The position numbers were made by a program, and so were the translations under genes. A DNA stretch of 64,000 nucleotides, taken from contig JACRAL010000004.1 of NCBI GenBank assembly GCA_016213435.1, positions 1,286 through 65,285 of the forward strand, in the 5' to 3' direction. Source of the DNA: Bacteroidota bacterium (lineage in GTDB: Bacteria; Bacteroidota; Bacteroidia; Palsa-948). The notes below the pieces were generated by a model. The model ran no database searches. It had not been told where the DNA came from and saw nothing but the letters and a program-made list of their open reading frames with translations. Shown here one piece after another: positions 18,939 to 29,135 of this stretch (the stretch's first letter is position 1; each line of letters opens with the position of its first letter).

Positions 18939-21281
18939 ATGAACGCACATAACCAAGAAGATAAAAAAGAAAATGGATTTTTATCGCGAGAAAGTCGGGA
19001 ACAGAAACTTCCAGCAAAGAAAGTAAAGAAATATTTACTCATTTTTTGGACGTTGGTGTTTGCTCCGTTCCTGCTGATTTTTCTTGTCGTGTACATGGTT
19101 TCGATGGGATGGTTCGGAGAACTTCCCAATGTGGCCGAATTGCAAAATCCTAAACTTAACCTTGCTACAGAAATTATTTCCTCTGATGGAAAAATTCTTG
19201 GAAAATATTATACGGAGAACCGTGTGAACGTAAAATACAAGGAACTTAGCCCTTTTCTTGTAAACGGATTGATTGCTACAGAAGATGCACGCTTTTACGA
19301 TCACTCAGGGGTTGATCTCAGAGGATTGTTCCGTGTTCTTTTCAGGACGGTGATTGGCGGAGACCAAAGTGGTGGCGGTGGAAGTACACTTTCCCAGCAA
19401 TTGGCAAAAATGCTTTTCCCTCGTGAAAAAAATCAATCCAAGATCCGTTTAGCGATGCGCAAAATAAAAGAGTGGATCATTGCCGCGCGGCTGGAGCAAC
19501 AATATACCAAAGACGAGATTCTTACCATGTATTTAAACAAGTTTGATTTTGTCAATCTTGCCGTGGGAATAAAATCTGCTTCCAAAATTTATTTCAACAC
19601 CACTCCCGATTCTCTCAAGACAGAACAAGCCGCCATGCTGGTGGGTATGTGCAAAAATCCTTCGCTGTTTAATCCGCATCTTCAGAGAAGAATTGATACA
19701 ACGCTGCATCGCAGAAATGTGGTGATGAACCAGATGATGAAGTATGGATTTTTATCGCAAAAAAATTATGATTCGCTGAAGACACTTCCGCTCGGAATAA
19801 ATTTTCAGCAGGAAGACCACAATCTCGGGCTGGCTCCCTACCTGCGCGAATACCTGCGCGATGATTTTATGAAAAAGTGGTGCGATGAAAATCCTAAACC
19901 CGATGGAACAAAATATAATATATACCGTGATGGATTAAAAATTTATACCACCATTGATTCCCGCTTGCAGCGCTATGCCGAGCAGGCAATGGAGCGGCAC
20001 ATGAAAGAAATTCAGAAAGATTTTTCAAAAGAATGCAAGCAGAAGAAAAATGCTCCGTTCGACTGGAATGTAACCAAGGAAGAAATTAATTCCATCATGA
20101 CCTCTTCCATACACCGCTCTGACAGATACCGTATGTTGAAAATGCAGGGAATGAGCGAAGCGGATATCAAAAAGAATTTCAGCACGCCTGTACCGATGAC
20201 CGTATTTTCCTGGAACGGAGAATTTGATACCATTATGTCCCCGATGGATTCTATCCGTTATTACAAGCAATACCTGCAGACAGGATTTATGAGCATGGAT
20301 CCGCACACCGGTTTTATAAAATCCTGGGTAGGAGGCATCAATTACAAGCATTTCAAGTATGATCATGTAAATAGAAGAGCAACGCGGCAGGTAGGTTCAA
20401 CCTTTAAGCCGTTTGTGTATGCACTTGCAATTATGGAAGGATGGTCGCCCTGCCAGAAAATTCCGAATGTTCCCGTTACTTTTGAACTTCCCAATCAACC
20501 CCCTTGGACTCCGCAGAATTCTTCGGAAGAAGAGTACAACGGAAAAATGGTAACGATGAAATTTGCACTCGCGCTTTCCATCAACTGGGTGACAGCATAT
20601 ATCATGAAGCAGTTTGGACCTGAACCTGTTGTACAACTGGCAAGACGTTTGGGAATTACCGCACCGCTTGAGCCCGTACCATCGCTTTGTCTCGGCTCTG
20701 CAGATATTTCCGTATTTGAAATGACAGGGGCTATGAGTACCTTCGCTAATAAAGGGACACGCATTGAACCTATATTCGTTACACGCATCGAAGATAAAAA
20801 TGGACGTGTACTTGCGGAGTTCTCTCCAAAGTCAGAAGAAGTGATGGACGAAGAAAAAGCATATGTGTCACTCTCGCTGATGCAAGGAGTGGTGCAGAAC
20901 GGAACAGGACAGCGTCTTCATTCTAGGTATAAATTAATGCAGCCCATGGCGGGAAAAACCGGTACGACACAAAATCACTCTGACGGCTGGTACATGGGCA
21001 TCACACCCGATCTGGTATCCGGAATTTGGGTAGGAGGAGAAGACCGCAGCATTCACTTTTCAGGATTGAAAGAAGGACAGGGTGCGGTAATGGCACTTCC
21101 GATATTCGCTTACTATATGCAGAAAGTGTATGCAGATAAAAAATTAAATTTTTATCAGGGAGATTTTGAAAAACCAACAAAGAAAATTTCTGTGGAGATG
21201 GACTGCGATAAATACAACAAAGAAATGGAATCAGGGAAAGGCGGAGAAAGTGACAAAGGATATGATGACGAAAAGTTCTAA
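18939..21281 (+). CDS. mrcA: Penicillin-binding protein 1A (transglycosylase + transpeptidase)
   Basis: ATEDARF, GGSTLSQQLAK, RKIKE, STFK (SxxK), SIN (SxN) and KTGT motifs. Confidence 0.94.
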   Translation: MNAHNQEDKKENGFLSRESREQKLPAKKVKKYLLIFWTLVFAPFLLIFLVVYMVSMGWFGELPNVAELQNPKLNLATEIISSDGKILGKYYTENRVNVKYKELSPFLVNGLIATEDARFYDHSGVDLRGLFRVLFRTVIGGDQSGGGGSTLSQQLAKMLFPREKNQSKIRLAMRKIKEWIIAARLEQQYTKDEILTMYLNKFDFVNLAVGIKSASKIYFNTTPDSLKTEQAAMLVGMCKNPSLFNPHLQRRIDTTLHRRNVVMNQMMKYGFLSQKNYDSLKTLPLGINFQQEDHNLGLAPYLREYLRDDFMKKWCDENPKPDGTKYNIYRDGLKIYTTIDSRLQRYAEQAMERHMKEIQKDFSKECKQKKNAPFDWNVTKEEINSIMTSSIHRSDRYRMLKMQGMSEADIKKNFSTPVPMTVFSWNGEFDTIMSPMDSIRYYKQYLQTGFMSMDPHTGFIKSWVGGINYKHFKYDHVNRRATRQVGSTFKPFVYALAIMEGWSPCQKIPNVPVTFELPNQPPWTPQNSSEEEYNGKMVTMKFALALSINWVTAYIMKQFGPEPVVQLARRLGITAPLEPVPSLCLGSADISVFEMTGAMSTFANKGTRIEPIFVTRIEDKNGRVLAEFSPKSEEVMDEEKAYVSLSLMQGVVQNGTGQRLHSRYKLMQPMAGKTGTTQNHSDGWYMGITPDLVSGIWVGGEDRSIHFSGLKEGQGAVMALPIFAYYMQKVYADKKLNFYQGDFEKPTKKISVEMDCDKYNKEMESGKGGESDKGYDDEKF

Positions 21282-21294
21282 AGAAGAATTATTT

Positions 21295-21378
21295 AATTTG
21301 AGAATTTGAAGATTTGAAAAGGGGAAATAAAATATGTAATTTCATTTGAAAATTTTCAAATTACCACATCTTCAAATT
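21295..21378. repeat. Inverted octamer arrays (intergenic)
   Basis: AATTTGAG AATTTGAA GATTTGAA ... TTTTCAAA TTACCACA TCTTCAAA TT. Confidence 0.6.
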
Positions 21379-21387
21379 TGATTTTAT

Positions 21388-22095
21388 ATGAATAAAACAG
21401 TTAAAAACGCTGAAGAAGCTGTTCGGGATGTAAAAGATGGAATGACCATCGCACTCGGAGGGTTTGGCTTATGCGGAATTCCTGAGAACTGTATTAACGC
21501 GCTTGTAAAAAAAAATGTGCGAGAACTTACTTGCATTTCAAATAATGCGGGTGTTGACGATTTCGGATTGGGATTGCTTTTGCAGGGAAAGCAGATCAAA
21601 AAAATGATTTCTTCTTATGTGGGAGAAAATGCAGAGTTCGAGCGGCAAATGCTTAGCGGAGAATTAGAAGTGGATCTGATTCCGCAGGGAACGCTCGCCA
21701 CTCGTTTAATGGCTACAGGATATGGAATGCCTGTCATTTATACTCCTGCAGGCGTAGGAACGGAAGTGGCTGAAGGAAAAGAAGTGAGAAGATTTAAATT
21801 TAACGGAGTGGAGAAAGACTATTTGATGGAATACGCCTTTGAACCTGATTTCGCTATTGTGAAAGCATGGAAGGGAGATACGCAGGGCAATCTTGTTTTT
21901 CGATTAACAACAAGGAATTTTAGTCCGCTGGTTGCCATGTCCGGAAAAATTACAGTGGCGGAAGTGGAGCATCTGGTTCAACCGGGAGAATTGGACCCGG
22001 ATCATATCCATGTTCCCGGGATTTATGTTCATCGCATCTTTCAGGGAGAAAAATATATTAAGAGAATTGAGCAGCGTACGGTGAGAGAAAAATAG
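21388..22095 (+). CDS. scoA: 3-oxoacid CoA-transferase subunit A
   Basis: [23 protein letters not shown] and HVPGIYV motifs. Confidence 0.95.
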   Translation: MNKTVKNAEEAVRDVKDGMTIALGGFGLCGIPENCINALVKKNVRELTCISNNAGVDDFGLGLLLQGKQIKKMISSYVGENAEFERQMLSGELEVDLIPQGTLATRLMATGYGMPVIYTPAGVGTEVAEGKEVRRFKFNGVEKDYLMEYAFEPDFAIVKAWKGDTQGNLVFRLTTRNFSPLVAMSGKITVAEVEHLVQPGELDPDHIHVPGIYVHRIFQGEKYIKRIEQRTVREK

Positions 22096-22156
22096 TGATG
22101 GAAGTTGCGTTTAAAAAGAAGTGAGCACTCAGAATAGAGATAAAACAATAATCATC

Positions 22157-22231
22157 CGTCATTGCAAGGGAGAAACGACCGAAGCAATCTGCCTTTAAAA
22201 ATGAGATTGCTTCGCTACGCTCGCAATGACG
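22157..22231. repeat. Family-B palindromic doublet, copy 1 (between scoA and scoB)
   Basis: CGTCATTGCAAGGGAGAAACGACCGAAGCAATCT..GAGATTGCTTCGCTACGCTCGCAATGACG. Confidence 0.92.
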
Positions 22232-22244
22232 AAACATAAAAATT

Positions 22245-22904
22245 ATGTTAGATAAAGAAGGAATTGCAAAACGCATTGCGAAAGAAATTAAGGATGGCTA
22301 CTACGTAAATCTTGGAATCGGGATTCCCACTCTGTGCGCCAATTATGTTCCGAAAGGAATGGATATTGTGCTTCAATCGGAAAACGGAATTCTGGGAATG
22401 GGTCCTTTTCCCTATGAAGGAGAGGAAGATTCTGATCTTATCAATGCGGGAAAGCAAACTGTAACACTTTTAAATGGTGCATCTATTTTTGATTCCGCCA
22501 TGAGTTTTGGGATGATCCGCGCACAAAAAGTAGATCTTACAATTCTCGGAGCGATGGAAGTAAGCGAGAACGGTGATATTGCCAACTGGAAAATTCCCGG
22601 CAAGATGGTAAAAGGAATGGGAGGTGCGATGGATCTGGTTGCTTCTGCAAAAAATATTATTGTGGCGATGCAGCAAGTGAATAAGGCGGGAGAATCCAAA
22701 CTGCTTCCTAAGTGCACACTTCCGATTACCGGAGTGCGCTGCATCAAAAAAATAGTAACCGAACTTGGAGTGTACGATGTTCTTCCGGAGGGAGGATTCA
22801 AATTATTGGAACGAGCTCCCGGAATTTCTGTTGAGCATATCCGAAAATCTACTGCCGGAAAATTAATTGTGGAAGGAGATGTGCCGGAGATGATTCTTGA
22901 TTAA
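22245..22904 (+). CDS. scoB: 3-oxoacid CoA-transferase subunit B
   Basis: NLGIGIPT, SENG (active-site Glu) and GMGGAMDL motifs. Confidence 0.95.
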   Translation: MLDKEGIAKRIAKEIKDGYYVNLGIGIPTLCANYVPKGMDIVLQSENGILGMGPFPYEGEEDSDLINAGKQTVTLLNGASIFDSAMSFGMIRAQKVDLTILGAMEVSENGDIANWKIPGKMVKGMGGAMDLVASAKNIIVAMQQVNKAGESKLLPKCTLPITGVRCIKKIVTELGVYDVLPEGGFKLLERAPGISVEHIRKSTAGKLIVEGDVPEMILD

Positions 22905-22940
22905 ACTGTCATTAGAATGATGAGCAGTAGTAAATAATAA

Positions 22941-23030
22941 TTCGTCATTGCGAGGGAGTTAATGACCGAAGCAATCCTATAATTCGGAGTCATAATTGAG
23001 AGATTGCTTCGCTTTGCTCGCAATGACGAA
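22941..23030. repeat. Family-B palindromic doublet, copy 2
   Basis: TTCGTCATTGCGAG...GAAGCAATC..GATTGCTTCG..CTCGCAATGACGAA, with a perfect 14-bp terminal inverted repeat. Confidence 0.93.
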
Positions 23031-23048
23031 GAGATAATATAACCGGAA

Positions 23049-23084
23049 TCGTCATTGCGAGGGAGTCAGCGACCAAAGCAATCT
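23049..23084 (+). repeat. Family-B left arm directly before the GIY-YIG start codon
   Basis: TCGTCATTGCGAGGGAGTCAGCGACCAAAGCAATCT, ending 5 nt before the ATG at 23090. Confidence 0.92.
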
Positions 23085-23089
23085 TATAA

Positions 23090-23389
23090 ATGAAACGGGT
23101 AGGATTCGCATATATAATGACAAATAAAAATAATACTACGCTTTATACGGGAGTAACATCGGATTTAAGAATTCGCACATATAAGCATAAGAATAATTTT
23201 TTCCCGGATTCATTCTCTGCAAGATATAATTTGCATAAACTTGTATACTACGAAGGATTTCATCATATTGAAGAGGCAATAGCAAGGGAAAAACAAATAA
23301 AAGCAGGGTCACGAAAGAAAAAGGAAGCATTGATAAATTCGATTAATCCTGAATGGAAGGATTTATATGATGAAGTTTTAGAATGGTGA
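23090..23389 (+). CDS. Stand-alone small GIY-YIG nuclease family protein
   Basis: AYIMTN...LYTGVTSDL..R...HK...FSARY...KLVYYE...AIAREKQIK..SR..K..LI...NP.W.DL. The Tyr/Arg/His/Glu catalytic residues appear intact. Confidence 0.93.
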   Translation: MKRVGFAYIMTNKNNTTLYTGVTSDLRIRTYKHKNNFFPDSFSARYNLHKLVYYEGFHHIEEAIAREKQIKAGSRKKKEALINSINPEWKDLYDEVLEW

Positions 23390-23404
23390 AGTTATTGTCG
23401 GAGA

Positions 23405-23490
23405 CGTGATTGCGAGGGAGTCTTCGACAGAAGTAATCTTTTTATGAGATTGCTTCGTCCCGATCCGAGCATCGGTTCTCGCAATGACGA
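23405..23490. repeat. Family-B palindromic doublet after GIY-YIG, with a mini-hairpin nested in its right arm
   Basis: CGTGATTGCGAGGGAGTCTTCGACAGAAGTAATCT..GAGATTGCTTCG[TCCCGATCCGAGCATCGGTT]CTCGCAATGACGA. Confidence 0.9.
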
Positions 23491-23496
23491 ATAACT

Positions 23497-24204
23497 ATGA
23501 AAACACTATCAATAATAATCCCCGCATACAACGAAGAGAAAACAATACATCTCATTCTTGACAAAGTGCTTGCTGTAAAACTGATGGGAGAGATGCAGAA
23601 AGAAATTGTCATTGTGAATGATTGCTCAAAGGATGCTACAAAAGAAGCCATTGAAAAATATATTGATTCTCATCCCGAACAGAAGTTTATCTTTTTCTCT
23701 CAACCGGTTAATAAAGGAAAGGGCGCAGCCATTCACAAAGGAATTGAAATTGCTTCCGGAGATTTTATTGTCATACAGGATGCTGATCTGGAATACAATC
23801 CGGAAGAGTATAACATTCTTCTTAAACCAATCCTTGATGGCTTTGCCGATGTGGTGTATGGTTCCCGTTTCATGGGAGGAAATCCGCACCGCATTTTATT
23901 TTACTGGCACTCATTGGGAAATAAATTTCTTACGGCACTGTCCAATATGTTCACCAACCTGAACCTCACGGATATGGAAACCTGCTACAAACTTTTCCGC
24001 GCGGACATTATCAAAAATATTTCTTTGAAAGAAAAACGTTTTGGTTTTGAGCCGGAAGTAACGGCAAAAATTGCACGTATTCCGAACACACGGATTTACG
24101 AAGTGGGAATTTCCTATTACGGAAGAACTTACGCTGAAGGGAAAAAAATAAACTGGCAGGATGGGGTAAGAGGACTATGGTGCATATTGAAATATAATTT
24201 TTAG
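23497..24204 (+). CDS. GT2 glycosyltransferase (polyprenol-phosphate/DPM1-like)
   Basis: [38 protein letters not shown] and FGFEPE motifs. Confidence 0.92.
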   Translation: MKTLSIIIPAYNEEKTIHLILDKVLAVKLMGEMQKEIVIVNDCSKDATKEAIEKYIDSHPEQKFIFFSQPVNKGKGAAIHKGIEIASGDFIVIQDADLEYNPEEYNILLKPILDGFADVVYGSRFMGGNPHRILFYWHSLGNKFLTALSNMFTNLNLTDMETCYKLFRADIIKNISLKEKRFGFEPEVTAKIARIPNTRIYEVGISYYGRTYAEGKKINWQDGVRGLWCILKYNF

Positions 24205-24207
24205 TTT

Positions 24208-25632
24208 ATGAACAAAAAGGTAATAATTATAGGAGCAGGACCTGCAGGGCTCAGTTGTGCCTATAAACTTGCTGAAGCAGGATGTCAGGTTGAAGTTTTT
24301 GAAGCCAGTCCGCATGTTGGCGGTCTTGCGAGAAGTTTTGATCTATGGGGACAGCGTGTCGATTGCGGACCTCACCGTTTTTTTTCACAAGATAAAATTG
24401 TTAATGACTTTTTTAAAGAAGTGGTTGGCAATGATTACACGATGATCGACCGACTCACCCGAATTTATTACAACAACAAATATTTCTTTTATCCGCTTAA
24501 ACCTTTAAATGCATTTGCTAATCTCGGACCATTCACCGTGCTGCAGGTGCTTGTGAGTTATTTTTTTCAGCGACTTACTCCAATAAAAGACCCAAAAACC
24601 TTTGAGGAGTGGATAGTTAATCGTTTTGGAAAAAAACTTTTTGGAATATTTTTTAAGAACTATACGGAAAAACTCTGGGGAATTCCTTGTTCAAAGATCG
24701 ATGCTGACTGGGCGGCACAACGGATTAAAAAACTTTCGTTATGGGAAGCCGTAAAAAATGCCTTTTTCGGAGATAAGGGGAAGAAACATAAAACTCTGGT
24801 TGACCAGTTCGCTTATCCTAAAGGAGGAACGGGCATGATCTATGAGAAGATGAAAAATTTTGTGAAATCAAAAGGAGGAAAAGTTCACCAGAATGCTGCC
24901 GTGAAAAAAATTCTTAAAAATGAAAACGGTAATGTAAACGGAATTGAATTATCAAACGGAGAAAAGGTCTTTTCAGAATTTGTTGTTTCAACCATGCCGC
25001 TGACATTGATGGTGAAAGGACTTGATAATGTGCCGAAAGAAGTGATTGCAGCTTGTGATAAGTTATATTATCGTAATACCATCCTTGTTTATCTTGAAAT
25101 TGACAGTACAACTCTTTTTCCTGATAACTGGATATATGTTCATGATCCAAAAGTGCAGCACGGGCGTATCACTAATTTCCGCAATTGGGGCATTTCGCTT
25201 TATGGTGATAAAAAAACAACCATTCTTTGTTTGGAATATTGGTGCTTTGAAAAGGATGAAGTCTGGACAATTGACGATAAGCATCTTTCGGAACTTGCAA
25301 AAACAGAAGTGAAGAAAATAAAACTTGTTCCGCAGGATGCAGTTATTCTTAATTCATTTGTCATGCGTCTTTCGAGATGTTATCCGGTATATGAAATCGG
25401 TTATGAAAAACATCTTGAAATAATACAGGAATATGTGAACAGCATTCCGAATATATTAGCCATTGGAAGATACGGTGCATTCAAGTATAACAATCAGGAT
25501 CACTCCATTTTAATGGGACTTCTTGCTGCACGCGAAATCATTACGGGTAAAAAGCAAAATCTCTGGGATATAAATACCGATACCGAGTACCAGGAAACTC
25601 AGGAAGTTTTGGAAACGGGATTGGATAGATAA
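24208..25632 (+). CDS. FAD-dependent oxidoreductase (HemY/UDP-galactopyranose-mutase-like superfamily)
   Basis: IIGAGPAG, GG..RS, DCGPHRF, YTEKLWG, YPKGG.G and GRYG.FKYNNQDH motifs. Confidence 0.85.
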   Translation: MNKKVIIIGAGPAGLSCAYKLAEAGCQVEVFEASPHVGGLARSFDLWGQRVDCGPHRFFSQDKIVNDFFKEVVGNDYTMIDRLTRIYYNNKYFFYPLKPLNAFANLGPFTVLQVLVSYFFQRLTPIKDPKTFEEWIVNRFGKKLFGIFFKNYTEKLWGIPCSKIDADWAAQRIKKLSLWEAVKNAFFGDKGKKHKTLVDQFAYPKGGTGMIYEKMKNFVKSKGGKVHQNAAVKKILKNENGNVNGIELSNGEKVFSEFVVSTMPLTLMVKGLDNVPKEVIAACDKLYYRNTILVYLEIDSTTLFPDNWIYVHDPKVQHGRITNFRNWGISLYGDKKTTILCLEYWCFEKDEVWTIDDKHLSELAKTEVKKIKLVPQDAVILNSFVMRLSRCYPVYEIGYEKHLEIIQEYVNSIPNILAIGRYGAFKYNNQDHSILMGLLAAREIITGKKQNLWDINTDTEYQETQEVLETGLDR

Positions 25633-25670
25633 TTATAAAAAGTACAAACTCGGATTAATACGTTTATTCA

Positions 25671-27260
25671 ATGAAACAAAGATTCTTTAAGAATATAAGT
25701 AAATACGACATCATTTTTATTGTATTGTTTATTCTGATTTGTTTTTTTTACCAATTTCATAATATTATTGGCCTCAGGCCTGAAAGCATTCATCAGTGGA
25801 GACAGACAATATGCACCTCTATAGAATTGAATTATTATCTGCACGGGATGAATTTTTTTCGTCCGGAAGTTCACCACTTGTTCAGTGATGGCGGAACATC
25901 AGGCCAGTCCTTGGCAGAATTTCCTATTCTTTATTACATAAATGCAGTGTTGTGGAAAATATTTGGCGTGAGTGAAGCCATCCCAAGAATTGTAAATATT
26001 ATAATTTATTTTTTCGGTTTATTTTTTTTATTTAGATTTCTTTCAAGGGTCTTGTCGCCTGTATGGTCTCTGCTTATATGTATACTATGCTTCACCTCTC
26101 CAGTTTTTGTTTTTTATGGATTTGGGTATTTGGTTGACATTCCGGCTTTCTCCATCTGTCTTATCAGTATTTATTTTTTCTTCAATTATTATGAATTAGG
26201 AAAACGAAAAGACCTTTATTTATTTTTATTTTTTTCCCTTTTAGCTATTTTGCTGAAAATAACGGTCAGTATTTTTTTTCTTTCTATACTGGGGATTTTT
26301 ATTTTTCAAAAGTTTAAAATTATTGAATTGAGAGAGAAGGGTTTAAAAAATCCGTTGCGTGATATTTTCCTTTTTTTATCCGTATTGCTCATTGTAGCAG
26401 GATGGTATGCTTATGCGAGGTATTTCGATACCATTCATGGAGGATGGTATACCATTAATGATATTTTTCCTATATGGGATTTAGATAGGGCAGGTATCAG
26501 AGAGGTATTAAAAAAGTTTTTCGAAATACAATTTTATCAATTTTTTATCCCGTTAACAACTTTTCTATTGATTTTTTTATTCATTGGAATTATCTTGTTG
26601 TACAAAAAAACCGATAAAATATATTTTATTTTTTCAATGATGCTTGCGTTCGGATCTTTAGTGTATGCAGTAATGTGGTTTAAGGTATGGAATGTGCATG
26701 ATTATTATCTCTTTTTATTTTTATTGCCGGCCTTGTTTGTCATCATCACTTTTCTGGATTACCTAAAGAAACACCAATCCGAAATATTCTATTCAAAAAA
26801 GATTCAAATAATAGCTGCTTTGTTTGTCTTATTGAATGTATGGTATTGCAGAAATAACATTCGCATGAGGTATGGTATAAAAACAACGGAAATTCCTTTC
26901 ATGGCAACAAAAGCAGAAATAGAATTATGGAGCTGGTTCAGTTGGGATTACAGCAATACGCTTAAACCTCTCGAAACAATTGAAACCTATAATCGTTCAC
27001 TGGGAATTTCCCCAGATGATCCTGTAATTTCCATCCCTGATAAAAGCATATGTATTACATTATATTTAATGAATCAAAAAGGATGGACTGAGTTTGGCAA
27101 TCATTTTTATGAGAAAGATGATATTTCAGAAAAAATAAAAATAGGAGCGAAATACCTCATTCTTAACGATTCCACTCATGTTCACAATCCTTTCATAAAT
27201 CCTTATACAAAACATAAAATAGGACAGTATAAAAACATTTTTATTTATAGTTTAAGGTAA
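25671..27260 (+). CDS. GT-C fold membrane glycosyltransferase
   Basis: Multi-TM protein with HQWRQ, AEFP.LYY, L.KI and HDYY motifs. Paralogue of 14051-15499. Confidence 0.75.
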   Translation: MKQRFFKNISKYDIIFIVLFILICFFYQFHNIIGLRPESIHQWRQTICTSIELNYYLHGMNFFRPEVHHLFSDGGTSGQSLAEFPILYYINAVLWKIFGVSEAIPRIVNIIIYFFGLFFLFRFLSRVLSPVWSLLICILCFTSPVFVFYGFGYLVDIPAFSICLISIYFFFNYYELGKRKDLYLFLFFSLLAILLKITVSIFFLSILGIFIFQKFKIIELREKGLKNPLRDIFLFLSVLLIVAGWYAYARYFDTIHGGWYTINDIFPIWDLDRAGIREVLKKFFEIQFYQFFIPLTTFLLIFLFIGIILLYKKTDKIYFIFSMMLAFGSLVYAVMWFKVWNVHDYYLFLFLLPALFVIITFLDYLKKHQSEIFYSKKIQIIAALFVLLNVWYCRNNIRMRYGIKTTEIPFMATKAEIELWSWFSWDYSNTLKPLETIETYNRSLGISPDDPVISIPDKSICITLYLMNQKGWTEFGNHFYEKDDISEKIKIGAKYLILNDSTHVHNPFINPYTKHKIGQYKNIFIYSLR

Positions 27261-27261
27261 C

Positions 27262-29115
27262 ATGAAAAATAAAAATTCATTTTTTATTTTTTTTCTTATC
27301 TCGCTTTCCATTGTATTTTTAAATTTCAGAGAGCCGTCCAATAACCTGATAGTCTGGGATCAGTTTGGCTATTATTTATACTTGCCGCTAACTTTTATCT
27401 ATCATGATTTGGGAATAAAAGATTTCTCAGTGGTTGATATGCTGATGCATAAATACCAGCCCATTACTGTTTTTTACCAAGGAATTCAATTAGACAATGG
27501 CGGCTGGGTGTTGCGTTACACCATGGGATTAGCTATTCTTGATAGTCCTGCTTTTTTTACGGGACATTTATTTGCCTATTTGCTGAACTACCCCATGGAC
27601 GGATTTTCTCTTCCTTATCAATATGCCTTACTCTGTTGGAGCATTGTTATTTTGCTGACAGGACTGTATTATCTTCGTCTTATACTTCTGCATTTTTTCT
27701 CTGACAAACTTGCTGCATTTATTTTATTGATATTATGTTTTGGCACAAATTTTCTGATTATGTCAACACATGAAGGGATTCTCCTTGTAAATTCTTACTT
27801 ATTTACTTTGTTTGCAATTATGCTTTGGCACACCATTAAGTGGCATGAGAAACATTACTTGTCCTCAGCCATCATTCTTGGAATTACGCTTGGATTAGCT
27901 GCGTTGACCAGACCAACAGAAATTATGTATGCAATCATTCCTTTTTGCTGGGGTATAAAAGCACCCAAAGAGATAAGTCAGAAAATAAAAATCTTTCTCA
28001 ATGAATACCGTTTTCATGCAATCATCATGTTCGGACTTATGATCTGCATCGGTTCATTTCAACTTTTTTATTGGAAAAAAGTAACCGGAAATTTCTTTTA
28101 TGATAGTTATGGAGCTAATGCCGGGGAGGGTTTTGATTTCCAAACGCCCTATACACTGCAATTTCTTTTCAGTTATCGCAAAGGGTGGTTGGTATATACT
28201 CCACTCATGTTGTTTTCAATTATAGGGTTTATTTTTTTGTACAGAAACAAACGCGAAATCTTTTGGGCAAGTCTGATCTTTTTTAGTGTGTTTTTGTATG
28301 TGGTTTCGTCCTGGACGTATTGGTGGTATGCCTCTTGTTTCAGCCAGCGGACAATGATGCAGGTCTATCCTTTGCTTGCTGTTTCGCTGGGTTTTTTTAT
28401 CCAATGGATTTGGAGAAATAAATTTATAGTTAAAGCTGTAACAGTTACGCTGATATTTTTATTTATTGCACTTAATATATTGCAGAGCTGGCAATATAAA
28501 AAAGGAATTATTTCCGGAGAGAGAATGACCAAAAAATACTATTGGTCTGTTTTCTTGAAAACAACTTTGCCGAAAGGGGCTGATGAATTATTGCTTGTAG
28601 AGCGCAATCCGGATTCAATTCCGATTTTGAAAGAAGACAATATACATAGGAAACAAAATGTTTTTAGCAAGAACTTTACAAATGAAGAGAAAGCGGTTAA
28701 GCAGATTGCGCTTCACGATACAACAATAAATTTTCCCGACAAGGTTTATATAATAGATTCAACGGCTGAATTTTTTAATGTCTATGATATTCCTTATTTC
28801 GAATTGACAGATAAATATTATGCATGGCTGCAGGTAAAGACAAAAGTAATGGCATTATCGCCCGAAAAAAAAATGGATGCTTTTATTGTAATTACATTTT
28901 TACATAAAGATAAATCATACCGATATATGGCCTATCCCATTAAAAATGATTCCTCGCTCGCTTATAAATGGAGCGAAGTAAACGTGAGTTATTTAACTCC
29001 TGAGATAAGATCAAAAACCGACAGGGTGCAAATATATATTTGGAACAGAGGGAAGAGCAGTTTTGCAATAGATACGATCAATATTGAGAAGTTTGAACCC
29101 ATTGAGAACCCATGA
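27262..29115 (+). CDS. GT-C-like membrane protein with a C-terminal soluble (CBM-like) domain
   Basis: WDQFGYYLYLP, YTMG, DGFS.PYQ, RP, FSYRKGW.VYTP and WWY..CFSQR motifs; C-terminal ..YIWN.GK..F.ID. Confidence 0.75.
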   Translation: MKNKNSFFIFFLISLSIVFLNFREPSNNLIVWDQFGYYLYLPLTFIYHDLGIKDFSVVDMLMHKYQPITVFYQGIQLDNGGWVLRYTMGLAILDSPAFFTGHLFAYLLNYPMDGFSLPYQYALLCWSIVILLTGLYYLRLILLHFFSDKLAAFILLILCFGTNFLIMSTHEGILLVNSYLFTLFAIMLWHTIKWHEKHYLSSAIILGITLGLAALTRPTEIMYAIIPFCWGIKAPKEISQKIKIFLNEYRFHAIIMFGLMICIGSFQLFYWKKVTGNFFYDSYGANAGEGFDFQTPYTLQFLFSYRKGWLVYTPLMLFSIIGFIFLYRNKREIFWASLIFFSVFLYVVSSWTYWWYASCFSQRTMMQVYPLLAVSLGFFIQWIWRNKFIVKAVTVTLIFLFIALNILQSWQYKKGIISGERMTKKYYWSVFLKTTLPKGADELLLVERNPDSIPILKEDNIHRKQNVFSKNFTNEEKAVKQIALHDTTINFPDKVYIIDSTAEFFNVYDIPYFELTDKYYAWLQVKTKVMALSPEKKMDAFIVITFLHKDKSYRYMAYPIKNDSSLAYKWSEVNVSYLTPEIRSKTDRVQIYIWNRGKSSFAIDTINIEKFEPIENP

Positions 29116-29135
29116 TCAGTAGAATGACATAGAGA

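Noticed and set aside
22157-23490. Possible CRISPR array or integron attC array
   Set aside because: The repeats alternate in orientation, spacers are irregular, and no cas or intI gene is present. The layout fits REP-like doublets better.
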